Shown: positions 38,393 to 47,982 of the stretch, in pieces
How positions within the stretch are numbered: the stretch's first letter is position 1
Layout: each line of letters starts with the position of its first letter
Assembly (NCBI GenBank): GCA_902785275.1
Contig: CACZYB010000006.1
Location: forward strand, 1 to 64,000
DNA from: an uncultured Pseudomonadota bacterium
GTDB taxonomy: Bacteria; Pseudomonadota; Alphaproteobacteria; Rs-D84; CACZYB01
DNA length: 64,000 bases
Reading direction: 5' to 3'
Translations under genes and position numbers: made by a program
The notes under the pieces: model-generated
Told to the model about the DNA's origin: nothing
The model's input: the letters and a program-made list of their open reading frames with translations, nothing else
Database searches by the model: none

Positions 38393-40030
38393 TTATAACA
38401 AAGATTTTGCCTTTTCATAATCGGGGTTTGAAAGACCAGATAGTTTGATAATTGTATGAATTAAGTTTTCTGTATTATATGATTTTTCCAAGTCTTTCTT
38501 CGATATTTTTAAATCATATGATTTTTTATATTCAGGTGAAAGCCAAAGAATCAAAGGTATTTGAAGCATTGGTTCTGTCCTTATTCCATCATGATGACAG
38601 AAACAGCTATTTACTGTATCACCAGCATCTTCACCGTGATCTGAGAAATACAAAAGATAACTTATTTGATTTTGTTTTTTCAATTCTTCGATAAAACTAT
38701 TGATAACGAAATCATTATAGATAATAGAGTTATCGTAAGAATTTACGCTATATTCTTTGTAGGAAGAATTACCTTTTAATATATCAAATTCCTTTGGATA
38801 ATTCTTATCATAAGTAGCGTGAGAACCGCGGAGGTGTAATAAAATTACTTTCTTTTCGGCGGTATCGGCCAATGCTTTTTGGAAATAATCCATCAAATCA
38901 AGGTCGTATAAGATATCAGTTTTCTTTTCTTGGGAAATATCTTTATTAAAGATTTTGTAATCACTTTCTTCTGCGATAACAGATTGATAAGATGCATGAC
39001 GTCCGCCAGGTTCTTGGTTCGAAATCCAAAATGTTTTAAAACCAGCATCCTTTAAATAATTTATGATTGAACCTTTTGTAAACATTAGTTCTTTGTTATC
39101 ACCATAGGCAAAACTTAAAACCTTTTGTAATGAAAGAAGAGTTTGAGCATGTGGGGATTCAATCTTTGAAAAAGCATAAATATCGTTTCGTTTTGAAAGT
39201 AGAGGATTTGTATTTCTATTATATCCATAAAGTTGGAAATGTCTTCGACCTGCAGATTCACCTATAACAATAACAAAAGTTGTTTTTTTATTTTTAAACT
39301 TATCATTTATGTTTTCAAATGGTTTTATATCTGCACGTCTTTTCTTTATATTATTTGCGACAAGTTCAAATCTTAAATCCCTGTATTGATGTATCATAGA
39401 TACAGTTACAAATCTGTACCTATTCCAATCCTTTGAAAATACATTTAGGTAAATAAGTGCATATAATAGGGTAATAAACGAAATTTTTTCCAAGATAAAA
39501 AAGCTTTTGTTTCTATCCATTTGTTTTACATATTTTAATGTAAGTACAATTAATGTGATGAATAATATTAAAAGGGAAACAGTATCAAACCTTGCAAACT
39601 GTTTTATAAAACCAGTTGCTTCTGCTGTATTTGTATCGAATATAGCCATCAATGCACCTTTTGTTATAACTTGTTTAAAAAGCATAATATGGCAAGAATC
39701 TATGTAATATGGGATATAGATAAATAACGCAATAATTAAGGTATATAGTTTTGTTATTTTGGGGAAAATAAATACAGGAAATGTTAGGGCAAATGCTTTG
39801 ACTATTGCACATAAAATATTTGATTTCCAATTACCTTTTCTTTCATATTCGAAACAACTGTTAAAATGAAGAAATATATAGTGTAGGGCGATAGGCATAA
39901 AAATATAGAAAGATAAAATTAAAAAACTTTTTGTTGTTGGAGATAAAATTTTCCAATAATTTAAAATATTCTTACATCCTTTGATGGATTTTTCAGATAT
40001 ATTTTTAAATTTTCTTTTCATATCAAACAT
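38393..40030 (-). CDS. Phosphoethanolamine transferase (EptA/CptA family)
   Basis: N-terminal TM bundle; VIVIGESA, LHLRGSH, YDNSIIYND, YFSDHGE; start moved to ATG 40030. Confidence 0.88.
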   Translation of the reverse strand: MFDMKRKFKNISEKSIKGCKNILNYWKILSPTTKSFLILSFYIFMPIALHYIFLHFNSCFEYERKGNWKSNILCAIVKAFALTFPVFIFPKITKLYTLIIALFIYIPYYIDSCHIMLFKQVITKGALMAIFDTNTAEATGFIKQFARFDTVSLLILFITLIVLTLKYVKQMDRNKSFFILEKISFITLLYALIYLNVFSKDWNRYRFVTVSMIHQYRDLRFELVANNIKKRRADIKPFENINDKFKNKKTTFVIVIGESAGRRHFQLYGYNRNTNPLLSKRNDIYAFSKIESPHAQTLLSLQKVLSFAYGDNKELMFTKGSIINYLKDAGFKTFWISNQEPGGRHASYQSVIAEESDYKIFNKDISQEKKTDILYDLDLMDYFQKALADTAEKKVILLHLRGSHATYDKNYPKEFDILKGNSSYKEYSVNSYDNSIIYNDFVINSFIEELKKQNQISYLLYFSDHGEDAGDTVNSCFCHHDGIRTEPMLQIPLILWLSPEYKKSYDLKISKKDLEKSYNTENLIHTIIKLSGLSNPDYEKAKSLL

Positions 40031-40115
40031 TTTTAATACTCCCTTTAATGTTACCAATTTTATAGAATATATTCCTTTTTTCAAGGAAAAATATTTACAA
40101 TAAAAGTTAAAAAAA

Positions 40116-40137
40116 TTCCCCGCACAAATGCAGGGAA
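40116..40137 (-). terminator. fba terminator, related to the hairpin family
   Basis: Minus strand TTCCCTGCA-TTTG-TGCGGGGAA plus T tract. Confidence 0.7.
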
Positions 40138-40157
40138 CTTTTTGATACAAAACTTGA

Positions 40158-41222
40158 TTAAAGTTTTACAACTGGGTCAAGTTCGCCACTTTCGTATCTT
40201 TTTGCCATATCAAGCAAAGAGATAGGTTTGATTTGGCTTGCATGACCTGCGGCACCGAATGCTTCGTATCTTACTTCACATTCGTGTTGCATTTTTTCCA
40301 TTGCTGGTTTCATAAACTTTCTTGGGTCAAACTCAGCAGGATGTTCAGCATAGAATCTTCTGATTCCAGCAGTTGAAGCAAGTCTTAAATCTGTATCAAC
40401 ATTAACTTTGCGAACACCGTATTTGATACCTTGTTGAATTTCTTCAAGAGGAACACCATATGTTTCAGGAATCTTTCCACCGAATTCATTGATTTCTTTC
40501 AAAAGTTCTTGTGGAACGCTTGATGAACCATGCATTACAAGAGCTGTATTTGGAAGTTTTTCATGAATAAGTTTTACTGTTTCAATAGAAAGAATTTCGC
40601 CATCTGGTTTTCTTGTAAACTTATATGCTCCGTGTGATGTACCGATTGCAACAGCCAAAGCATCAACCTTTGTTTCACGAACAAATTTTGCAGCTTCGGT
40701 TGGATCAGTTACCAACTTATCACGAGAAAGTTTTGAATCTGTACCGAATCCATCTTCTTTTTCACCTTTACCTGTTTCAAGTGAACCGATACAACCTATT
40801 TCACCTTCGATTGAAACACCAAGTGGATGTGCAATTTCTGCAACTTTTTTTGTGATGTTTGCATTGTATTCGAATGATGATGCTTGACCATCAGGAGTTA
40901 AAGAACCATCCATCATAACTGATGTAAAACCATTTGCGATAGCAGATGCGCAAACAGAAACTGATGGACCGTGATCTTGGTGTAAGCAGATTGGAAGATT
41001 AGGATACATTTCAACAGCAGCTTTCATAAGGTGGCTTAATACCTTATCATTTGCGTATGCACGCGCACCTTTTGATGCCTGGATAATAACAGGTGCATTA
41101 CATTTATCAGCAGCAGCCAAAACGGAAAGTAATTGTTCCATATTGTTAATGTTAAATGCAGGAATACCATAACCGTATTCGCTTGCATGGTCGAGTAATT
41201 GTCTTAATGATACCATTGCCAT
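40158..41222 (-). CDS. fba: Class II fructose-bisphosphate aldolase
   Basis: HQDHG, SVMMDGS, AIGTSHGAYKF, VMHGSSSVP. Confidence 0.96.
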   Translation of the reverse strand: MAMVSLRQLLDHASEYGYGIPAFNINNMEQLLSVLAAADKCNAPVIIQASKGARAYANDKVLSHLMKAAVEMYPNLPICLHQDHGPSVSVCASAIANGFTSVMMDGSLTPDGQASSFEYNANITKKVAEIAHPLGVSIEGEIGCIGSLETGKGEKEDGFGTDSKLSRDKLVTDPTEAAKFVRETKVDALAVAIGTSHGAYKFTRKPDGEILSIETVKLIHEKLPNTALVMHGSSSVPQELLKEINEFGGKIPETYGVPLEEIQQGIKYGVRKVNVDTDLRLASTAGIRRFYAEHPAEFDPRKFMKPAMEKMQHECEVRYEAFGAAGHASQIKPISLLDMAKRYESGELDPVVKL

Positions 41223-41375
41223 TTTATTTTCTCCTTTATTTTGCTATTAAAACAATGAAAAGATTGTACGACAATCTTACACGAAAATCAATTTATAAAT
41301 AAAATATTATTATTGACATCGTTTTTAATATTGTCTACCATTCTATGAATAATAAAATAAAAAGGGTTTGCTAGA

Positions 41376-42305
41376 ATGAAAATGATTCATAATATGGATA
41401 AGTCAGGTTTTATTAATAAACTTTATAATCTTGATAATCCTTTTATCGTTGCAAAAAAAGAAGATTTAATTGTTGTAAATGATATTGTTGAGAGTGAACG
41501 AAAAAAATCTGTTTATGCTGATGGGTTAATGAAGAGTAGCGAGAGAGTTCTTGTCGATATAATTGATGGCTTGGATGATGATATTTATGGATATTTTGCA
41601 ATGGGAATAATTTTTATTAATAGAAATAAGTTGAATGAGAATAAAGGGCGATTTTTTAAAAGTCTTGTTCATGAATACACTCATTTTTTGCAAGATGTAA
41701 ATATTAATAAAAATAGTTTATTATTGTGGAACAAGTGGGCAAAGGCTTATAAAAACAATGTACAAGATTTTTATTTGAAGATGATAAACGAGGCGGATGC
41801 TTTTACAAAAGAGGAGCTTATTTTTAGTAAAAATTTAACAAGTGAAATTATGAATAAGACATTTTTTAAGAATCTTAAACTTATATCAAGTCTTGTTAAT
41901 AATAATTACGATTCCTTTTATCATATAGATTTTGATTATACCAAAATTAAAATGAGACCGGAATATAGGCATGATGAATTTAAGAAAATTATTAATCTTA
42001 TATTAAGGGCAGGGACAAGCTTGAATGGTGCAAAATTTCCACAGTATAGTTTTTCTTTTTCTGATATTGATAAAATTCTTAGTAATGAATTAGAAAATAA
42101 CAGAAAGTTTGATACGTTGGTATCTGTTAATAAATGGGATTTAGATGAGGCAAGGTTGAGAATTTTGCCAGCAGAATCAGACTTTTTTGAAAATATTAAA
42201 AAAGAGCAAGAATGGAAGGAAAAGCTTGACTTTTTTTGTAGAAATAATGATTCAAAAAAGATGAGAAATCTTTTAAATAACCTATATGGTAAAAAAGAAT
42301 TGTAA
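41376..42305 (+). CDS. HExxH zinc-metallopeptidase-like orphan
   Basis: SLVHEYTHFLQD followed by INEADA; own promoter TTGACA-17-TACCAT at 41313-41341. Confidence 0.6.
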   Translation: MKMIHNMDKSGFINKLYNLDNPFIVAKKEDLIVVNDIVESERKKSVYADGLMKSSERVLVDIIDGLDDDIYGYFAMGIIFINRNKLNENKGRFFKSLVHEYTHFLQDVNINKNSLLLWNKWAKAYKNNVQDFYLKMINEADAFTKEELIFSKNLTSEIMNKTFFKNLKLISSLVNNNYDSFYHIDFDYTKIKMRPEYRHDEFKKIINLILRAGTSLNGAKFPQYSFSFSDIDKILSNELENNRKFDTLVSVNKWDLDEARLRILPAESDFFENIKKEQEWKEKLDFFCRNNDSKKMRNLLNNLYGKKEL

Positions 42306-42370
42306 AATTTTTTAAAAAAGTTCTTGCATTTAGGAAAATATAGTATATAATATCCGTATGTTTGAAAGAT

Positions 42371-42446
42371 GACCCTATCGTCTAGAGGCCTAGGACTAGA
42401 GGCTTTCAATCTCTCAACAGGAGTTCGAATCTCCTTAGGGTCACCA
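42371..42446 (+). tRNA. tRNA-Glu(TTC)
   Basis: GACCCTA...AGAGG-CTTTCAA-TCTCT...AGGAGTTCGAATCTCCT-TAGGGTC-ACCA. Confidence 0.95.
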
Positions 42447-42695
42447 AAACAAACTTAAAATTCAATCACCTTTTTAGGTGATTTTTTTATTTCTCGAGAT
42501 ATTTTTGTTTTATCTAGAATAATGAAGAGTAGGGGATTTTATCTTATTTCGTTAGTGTATAGATTAAAGGGTCCTTTTTTGTATCACATTTACCAAATCT
42601 GAATTTCCTTAGATTTCTCTTGATTTAAAGGTAAAAAAAATATATATTTTAATAGGAATAAAAACCCACCCTTTTTTGTATACGGTGTATAGAGT

Positions 42696-43598
42696 ATGTT
42701 TACAGAAGAAAATAAAAATAATTCAAGAAGTACAGATATTAACATTTGTTTTATAAGTGATGAAAACTATGTAAAACCTATGGGAATTGCAATAACATCT
42801 ATACTTTTAAATAAGTTACCAACTGATAATTTGAATATTTATATTTTATACAGGAGAATATCTGATAGAGATATAAATAAAATAAAAAAATTAAAGAAAA
42901 TTGCTCCTTTTAATGTTCAATTTATAAGAGTTAGTACAGCTCTTGTATCTAGATTATCTGTAAAAGAACTTCATGTAACATCATCTACTTATTACAAGTT
43001 ATTTTTTTCAAGTTTATTACCTAAACATATTGAAAAATTAATTTATTTAGATTGTGATGTAGTTGTTAATTGTAGTTTAGCAAAGCTGATGAATGAAAAT
43101 ATGGATGAATATTTTGTAAAGGGTGTTAGTGATATATCTTATAGATCTTTTTCAAAAATGCTTGGCGTTGGTAAGTATATTAATGCAGGAATTTTGCTTA
43201 TTGATTTAAAAAAGTGGAGAGAAAATAATATTGAAGAAAAATTTATGGATTGTGCTTTAAGATATGGAAATATTAAAAATTTTCATGAAGATCAAGGGTG
43301 TGTTAATTTAATTTTATCTGGTAAGATTGATTTTTTTGATGATAGGTGGAATGTTCAACTAATTAATACTTCGGGAAAATATTATAGTAAAAGCTGGGGA
43401 ATTCAAGATAGAGTTGATTATTTTAAAAGTCTTGCACCACAAGCTTATATAATTCATTTTTTGGGTGGTGAAAAACCATGGAATTTTTTGATAAATGAAA
43501 ATGAAAAGTATTACTTTAGATATGCAATAAAATCTCCATGGAAAATAAAACAATTTTTCGTTCATATATTTAATATATTTGCAAACTTATTTTTTTAA
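42696..43598 (+). CDS. Glycosyltransferase family 8
   Basis: LIYLDCDVVV, YINAGILLIDLKKW, DQG, IIHFLGGEKPW. Confidence 0.92.
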   Translation: MFTEENKNNSRSTDINICFISDENYVKPMGIAITSILLNKLPTDNLNIYILYRRISDRDINKIKKLKKIAPFNVQFIRVSTALVSRLSVKELHVTSSTYYKLFFSSLLPKHIEKLIYLDCDVVVNCSLAKLMNENMDEYFVKGVSDISYRSFSKMLGVGKYINAGILLIDLKKWRENNIEEKFMDCALRYGNIKNFHEDQGCVNLILSGKIDFFDDRWNVQLINTSGKYYSKSWGIQDRVDYFKSLAPQAYIIHFLGGEKPWNFLINENEKYYFRYAIKSPWKIKQFFVHIFNIFANLFF

Positions 43599-43645
43599 TG
43601 ATTAGACTTATTTATTGATTGGAGTTTTATTTACCTAGTCATTTA

Positions 43646-43673
43646 ATTATACATAATATACATTATGCGACTG
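43646..43673 (-). other. dif-like XerC/XerD recombination site
   Basis: Minus strand CAGTCGCATAA-TGTATA-TTATGTATAAT versus E. coli dif GGTGCGCATAA-TGTATA-TTATGTTAAAT; intergenic, at the gene-orientation switch. Confidence 0.85.
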
Positions 43674-43739
43674 ATATTTTAATATAAAATATAAGCCCTA
43701 AACTATGTCAGGGCTTTTGATTTTGTATAACAGTTATAA

Positions 43740-43985
43740 TTAAAGGCTATCAATATAATCTTCTTCTATAATTCTACTCATTCTTGAAAACGAACATCTT
43801 GCTCTTAATCTATCGAGAGTATAATTATAATCATCTAAGAATAACAAATTTTTTGTTTTATTAATGACTAGAATATCAGACGAGCCACTGTTTGCATATT
43901 CAGAAAATATTTGCAAAGCCAACTCTTCCTGTGGAGTCATCATTTTGGATTTTATTACTGGTTTTTTCACTAATTTCTTTTTCAT
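43740..43985 (-). CDS. Small orphan
   Basis: Start MKKKLVKK behind GGGAG; consensus promoter TTGACA-17-TATAAT at 44045-44017. Confidence 0.6.
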   Translation of the reverse strand: MKKKLVKKPVIKSKMMTPQEELALQIFSEYANSGSSDILVINKTKNLLFLDDYNYTLDRLRARCSFSRMSRIIEEDYIDSL

Positions 43986-44062
43986 GATAGTTCTCCCAGT
44001 TTTTGTTTGTCTTTTTATTATACAAAGGAATATTTGATTTGTCAATTCATAATTTTTATATA

Positions 44063-44494
44063 CTATTCCTGTAAGATTTTTTCGATTTCTTCAAGTTTAT
44101 GAAGAGCTTCCTCTAAATCAACTTTATTATCTTCAGTCTCTGAAAAAGGAGCGGAAAAATTAAATCTTTTCAATATCTTAGATTCTTGTTGCACAGGTTC
44201 CAACGATTGTTTTTTCTCATTCATTTCGAAATCAGCAAAAACCTTACCTGTACCAGAATTTTTATTTTCATGCAAAAATTTTTTTGCACCTTTTATTGTA
44301 AATCCCCTTTTGTAAAGCAAATCTTTGATTTTAAGAATTACATCAATATCAGATTGGCGGTAATATCTACGACCTTGACGTCTATCAGGATTGATTTCTT
44401 GAAATTCGGTTTCCCAAAATCTTATAACATACTTAGGAAGGTCTGTTTGTTCAGAAACTTCTGCAATACTGTAGAAAATTTTTTCCTCACTCAT
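44063..44494 (-). CDS. MerR-family transcriptional regulator
   Basis: YSIAEVS...VIRFWETEF...GRRYY...GFTIKGAK; conserved neighbour of ihfA. Confidence 0.9.
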   Translation of the reverse strand: MSEEKIFYSIAEVSEQTDLPKYVIRFWETEFQEINPDRRQGRRYYRQSDIDVILKIKDLLYKRGFTIKGAKKFLHENKNSGTGKVFADFEMNEKKQSLEPVQQESKILKRFNFSAPFSETEDNKVDLEEALHKLEEIEKILQE

Positions 44495-44515
44495 TATACC
44501 CTCCTCTATTTAAAA

Positions 44516-44803
44516 CTAATTAAGTGTGGTTTTTAAATTTTTTGCAGGTCTGAACGAAATAACATTTCTTTCTTCAATAACCGCATCTTCTCCAGTTTTA
44601 GGATTTCTTCCAACTCTTGCATTTTTGTGTTTTACAGAGAAAGTTCCTAATCCCATAATTTTTACTTCTTTACTTTGAGCGATACCGTCAGATAAAATAC
44701 TGAAAAATAAATCAACAATTTCTGTTGCATCAGTCAAACTTAAACCAGTTCCCTTTGCAATATCTAATGCTAAGTCTATCTTTTTTATATTTTTATTTTC
44801 CAT
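44516..44803 (-). CDS. ihfA: Integration host factor alpha
   Basis: GLGTFSVKHKNARVGRNPKTGE; position between fabH and merR. Confidence 0.85.
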   Translation of the reverse strand: MENKNIKKIDLALDIAKGTGLSLTDATEIVDLFFSILSDGIAQSKEVKIMGLGTFSVKHKNARVGRNPKTGEDAVIEERNVISFRPAKNLKTTLN

Positions 44804-44817
44804 AATTTACCTCTCTT

Positions 44818-45780
44818 TTAAAATTTAAGAAATACAGAACCCCAAGTAAATCCTGCACCCATCGCAGTCAAAAGAACATTTTGCCCTTTTTTAATTTGAC
44901 CGTTTTTGTTTGCAATATCCAAAGCAAGTGGAATACATGCAGAAGAAATATTTCCATGTTTTTCAATGGTTTTTACAACCTTTTCTTCTGGAATATCAAG
45001 ATTTTTTAATGCAGCATCGATAATTCTTATATTTGCCTGATGAGGAATAAAACAATCAACATCAGCCATAGTTTTACCGGCTTTTGCAACAACTTCTTTT
45101 GAAATTTCAGGCATTCTTACAACAGCAAGTTTGAATACTTCCTTACCTTCCATAAAAATATTTCCAGAAGTTTTTGTTGCGGATGGACCACCAGTAGCCT
45201 TTAGACAGTCAATATAATCACCATCTGTCTTTACAGAATAAGATATGATTCCTGTTTTTTCATTTGTGGCACGAAGAACAGCAGCACCAGCACCATCACC
45301 AAACAAAACGCAAGTTGTTCTGTCGTTCCAATCCATAATTCGTGTAAGAGTTTCTGCACCAACCACTACTGCATTTTTATACATTCCAGACTTTATCATA
45401 GAATCAGCAATGGTAAGACCATAAACGAATCCAGAGCAAGCCGCAGAAATATCAAATGCAACAGCGTTTTTAAGACCAAGTTTTTTTTGTACTATACAGG
45501 ATGTTGATGGAAAAACCAAATCAGGTGTAATAGTTGCAACAATAAGCAAATCAACATCTTCTGCAGACATTTTTGCATCATCTAAAGCATTTTGAATAGC
45601 TTTTACCGCCAAATCAGAAGTACATTCATCATCAGCTGCAATATGTCTTTGTTTGATACCTGTTCGAGTGTAAATCCATTCATCAGAAGTATCAACCATC
45701 TTTGATAAATCATCATTGGTTAACACCTTCTCTGGTAGGTATGAACCCGTTCCTATAATTTCAGAATAAATCTCACTCAT
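44818..45780 (-). CDS. fabH: Beta-ketoacyl-ACP synthase III
   Basis: AACSGF, LFGDGAGA, PHQANIRII, HGNISSA. Confidence 0.96.
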   Translation of the reverse strand: MSEIYSEIIGTGSYLPEKVLTNDDLSKMVDTSDEWIYTRTGIKQRHIAADDECTSDLAVKAIQNALDDAKMSAEDVDLLIVATITPDLVFPSTSCIVQKKLGLKNAVAFDISAACSGFVYGLTIADSMIKSGMYKNAVVVGAETLTRIMDWNDRTTCVLFGDGAGAAVLRATNEKTGIISYSVKTDGDYIDCLKATGGPSATKTSGNIFMEGKEVFKLAVVRMPEISKEVVAKAGKTMADVDCFIPHQANIRIIDAALKNLDIPEEKVVKTIEKHGNISSACIPLALDIANKNGQIKKGQNVLLTAMGAGFTWGSVFLKF

Positions 45781-45792
45781 CCTCAAAAACTC

Positions 45793-46818
45793 CTAATTAA
45801 TTTTTTCAACTTCCTTTGCAACCTTTGATGTAAAGTCATCAACAAGTAATCTTGACGCATAAAGGACTGCATTAGAGAATCCAACAGCATCAGTACCGCC
45901 GTGACTTTTTACAACAATACCATTAAGGCCAAGGAACACAGCACCATTATATTTACGAGGATCCATTTTATTTTTAAATTGCTTAAACGCATTTTTCATA
46001 AAAATATATCCAATTATTGTAAATATTGATTTTTTGAAAACAGATTTCAAACTTCCTGCAATAAATTTTGCAGTTCCTTCAATAGATTTCAAAGCAACAT
46101 TTCCACTGAAACCATCAGTTGTGATAACATCGACTTTATCTTTCATAATATCATCACCTTCAACAAAACCGAAATAATCGAATGGAAGATGTTCTTTTTT
46201 CTCTGCAAAAATTTCTTCTACTTTAGTTAAATAGTCAAGACCTTTACCAGCTTCGGAACCGATATTTAAGATTCCAACTCTTGGTCTTTCCTTACCAAGC
46301 ATAATTTTTGCATAAATACTACCCATAACAGCAAATTGGACGATATTATGCTCATCACATTCAGCGTTTGCACCCAAATCCAACATAACTGTATAATCCT
46401 TTACATTAGGGAGCAATGTTGTTATAGCAGGTCTTCTAATACCTTCTATCATAGAGATAAGAAGTTTTGAAATACCCATTAAACAACCAGTATTTCCACC
46501 ACTTATAACAGCGTCAGCTTCTTTATTACGTACAGCTTCAATAGCCTTCCACATAGAAGTATTTCTACCTCTTCTGATTATTTTGGAAGGTTTATCATCG
46601 CCCTGCACCACTTCATCACATTGAACAATAGTTGAAATATTATTCAATCTAGGGTACTTAGCCAAATAAGGAGCCATTACCTTTGCATCACCAAAAAGAA
46701 GTAATGCAATATCATTTTTAACTAGGTAATCGTATACGATATCTAGTCCTGCAATAACGGAAAGAGGAGCATTATCTCCTCCCATAGCGTCTATTGCAAT
46801 TGTCCACTTTTTTGCCAA
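45793..46818 (-). CDS. plsX: Phosphate acyltransferase PlsX
   Basis: IAIDAMGGDNAP, SGGNTG, DGFSGNVALKSIEG, VVKSHG. Confidence 0.96.
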   Translation of the reverse strand: MAKKWTIAIDAMGGDNAPLSVIAGLDIVYDYLVKNDIALLLFGDAKVMAPYLAKYPRLNNISTIVQCDEVVQGDDKPSKIIRRGRNTSMWKAIEAVRNKEADAVISGGNTGCLMGISKLLISMIEGIRRPAITTLLPNVKDYTVMLDLGANAECDEHNIVQFAVMGSIYAKIMLGKERPRVGILNIGSEAGKGLDYLTKVEEIFAEKKEHLPFDYFGFVEGDDIMKDKVDVITTDGFSGNVALKSIEGTAKFIAGSLKSVFKKSIFTIIGYIFMKNAFKQFKNKMDPRKYNGAVFLGLNGIVVKSHGGTDAVGFSNAVLYASRLLVDDFTSKVAKEVEKIN

Positions 46819-46846
46819 GACAGTATTCTCCTAATGTTATCTAAAG

Positions 46847-47029
46847 TTATTTTGCAGAATCTTCAATAACCTTTTTTCCGTTATAAGAACCACAAGCCTT
46901 ACAAATATTGTGAGGTTTTACAACTTCACCACAAACTTTACAAACTGAAACTGCATTAACAGCCAAAGCATCATGAGCTCTTCTCATATTTCTTCTTGAT
47001 TGTGATGTTTTCTTTTTTGGAACAGCCAT
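46847..47029 (-). CDS. rpmF: 50S ribosomal protein L32
   Basis: MAVPKKKTSQSRRNMRRAH, CxxC...CxxC. Confidence 0.97.
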   Translation of the reverse strand: MAVPKKKTSQSRRNMRRAHDALAVNAVSVCKVCGEVVKPHNICKACGSYNGKKVIEDSAK

Positions 47030-47246
47030 TTTAACACTCTCTTTCGTTAATTATATTTATTAGTTCAAAAATCTTTAATTAAAACAAATGTTTAATTGCT
47101 CATATTTAACAACAAATTAAATATTTTTGCAAGATTTATTTTAACATTCTTTGCATAATATACAATTTATTAAATTTTTGCAAGTTTTTTTAAAGATAAA
47201 ATTTGACTTTTTTCTAAAATTCATTTATTATGTACGTCGTTAAGTT

Positions 47247-47321
47247 GCTACTGTGGCTCAGTGGTAGAGCGCACCCTTGGTAAGGGTGAGGTCGTGAGTC
47301 CGATTCTCACCAGTAGCACCA
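47247..47321 (+). tRNA. tRNA-Thr(GGT)
   Basis: GCTACTG...CACCC-TTGGTAA-GGGTG...GTGAG-TCCGATT-CTCAC-CAGTAGC-ACCA. Confidence 0.93.
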
Positions 47322-47378
47322 TTTCTTTGATTTTTAATACTTTTTATATTTTCCCAAACAGCTTACCTATTGAATATA

Positions 47379-47951
47379 TTATTCTTTTTCCCAATCGGAT
47401 TTCAATTTTGACCAGATGTTTGTATCGTATAAGCAACCTTTATGTTCGTTCCAAGAATTTTGACGCAACACACCTTCCAAAATATAGCCACATCGTTTTG
47501 CGACATTTATAGATCTAAAATTCAATGTATCATTCTTAATAACAATACGATTGATACCATTTTCAAAAGCAATCTTTTCCAATGCACGAACAGCCTCTTG
47601 CATAAAACCAAACCCTGTTGCAGAATCTGAAAGCCAATAACCAATTTCACCAGATTGAAGTTTTTCTTTTATATTAAATAAAGTTACAACCCCTAAAATT
47701 TTTTTTGTTTCTTTTTTATAAATTATATAATTAAAACCAACACCATTTTCCCATTTTTCTTGGCTTGGCAATAAATAGTTTGCAAACTCATCTTCTTTTG
47801 AATTAGTACTATCTACCCAAGGAAGCCACTCACATAATGTTTCACGAGATTCATCAACAATTTTAAACAAATCCTCTGCCAACTTAAAAGTAGGTTTAGT
47901 GTAGTGTTTCAAAATAATTCTTTGAGCTTCAATTTGTTCTGGTAATTTCAT
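47379..47951 (-). CDS. RimJ/RimL-type GNAT acetyltransferase
   Basis: LCEWLPW, GEIGYWL, GFMQEAV, NFRSINVAKRCGYILEGVLR; start at 47951 behind AAGGAG. Confidence 0.88.
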   Translation of the reverse strand: MKLPEQIEAQRIILKHYTKPTFKLAEDLFKIVDESRETLCEWLPWVDSTNSKEDEFANYLLPSQEKWENGVGFNYIIYKKETKKILGVVTLFNIKEKLQSGEIGYWLSDSATGFGFMQEAVRALEKIAFENGINRIVIKNDTLNFRSINVAKRCGYILEGVLRQNSWNEHKGCLYDTNIWSKLKSDWEKE

Positions 47952-47982
47952 AACACACTCCTTTCTGTACACTATAACTTAT

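Noticed and set aside
41936-42409. 157-aa minus-strand ORF
   Set aside because: Antisense to tRNA-Glu and the HExxH gene
42447-43673. Xer-integrated mobile element between tRNA-Glu and dif
   Set aside because: Only one dif copy found and no replication or phage genes
47261-47512. 83-aa ORF MVERTLGKGEV
   Set aside because: Starts inside tRNA-Thr and overlaps the GNAT gene antisense
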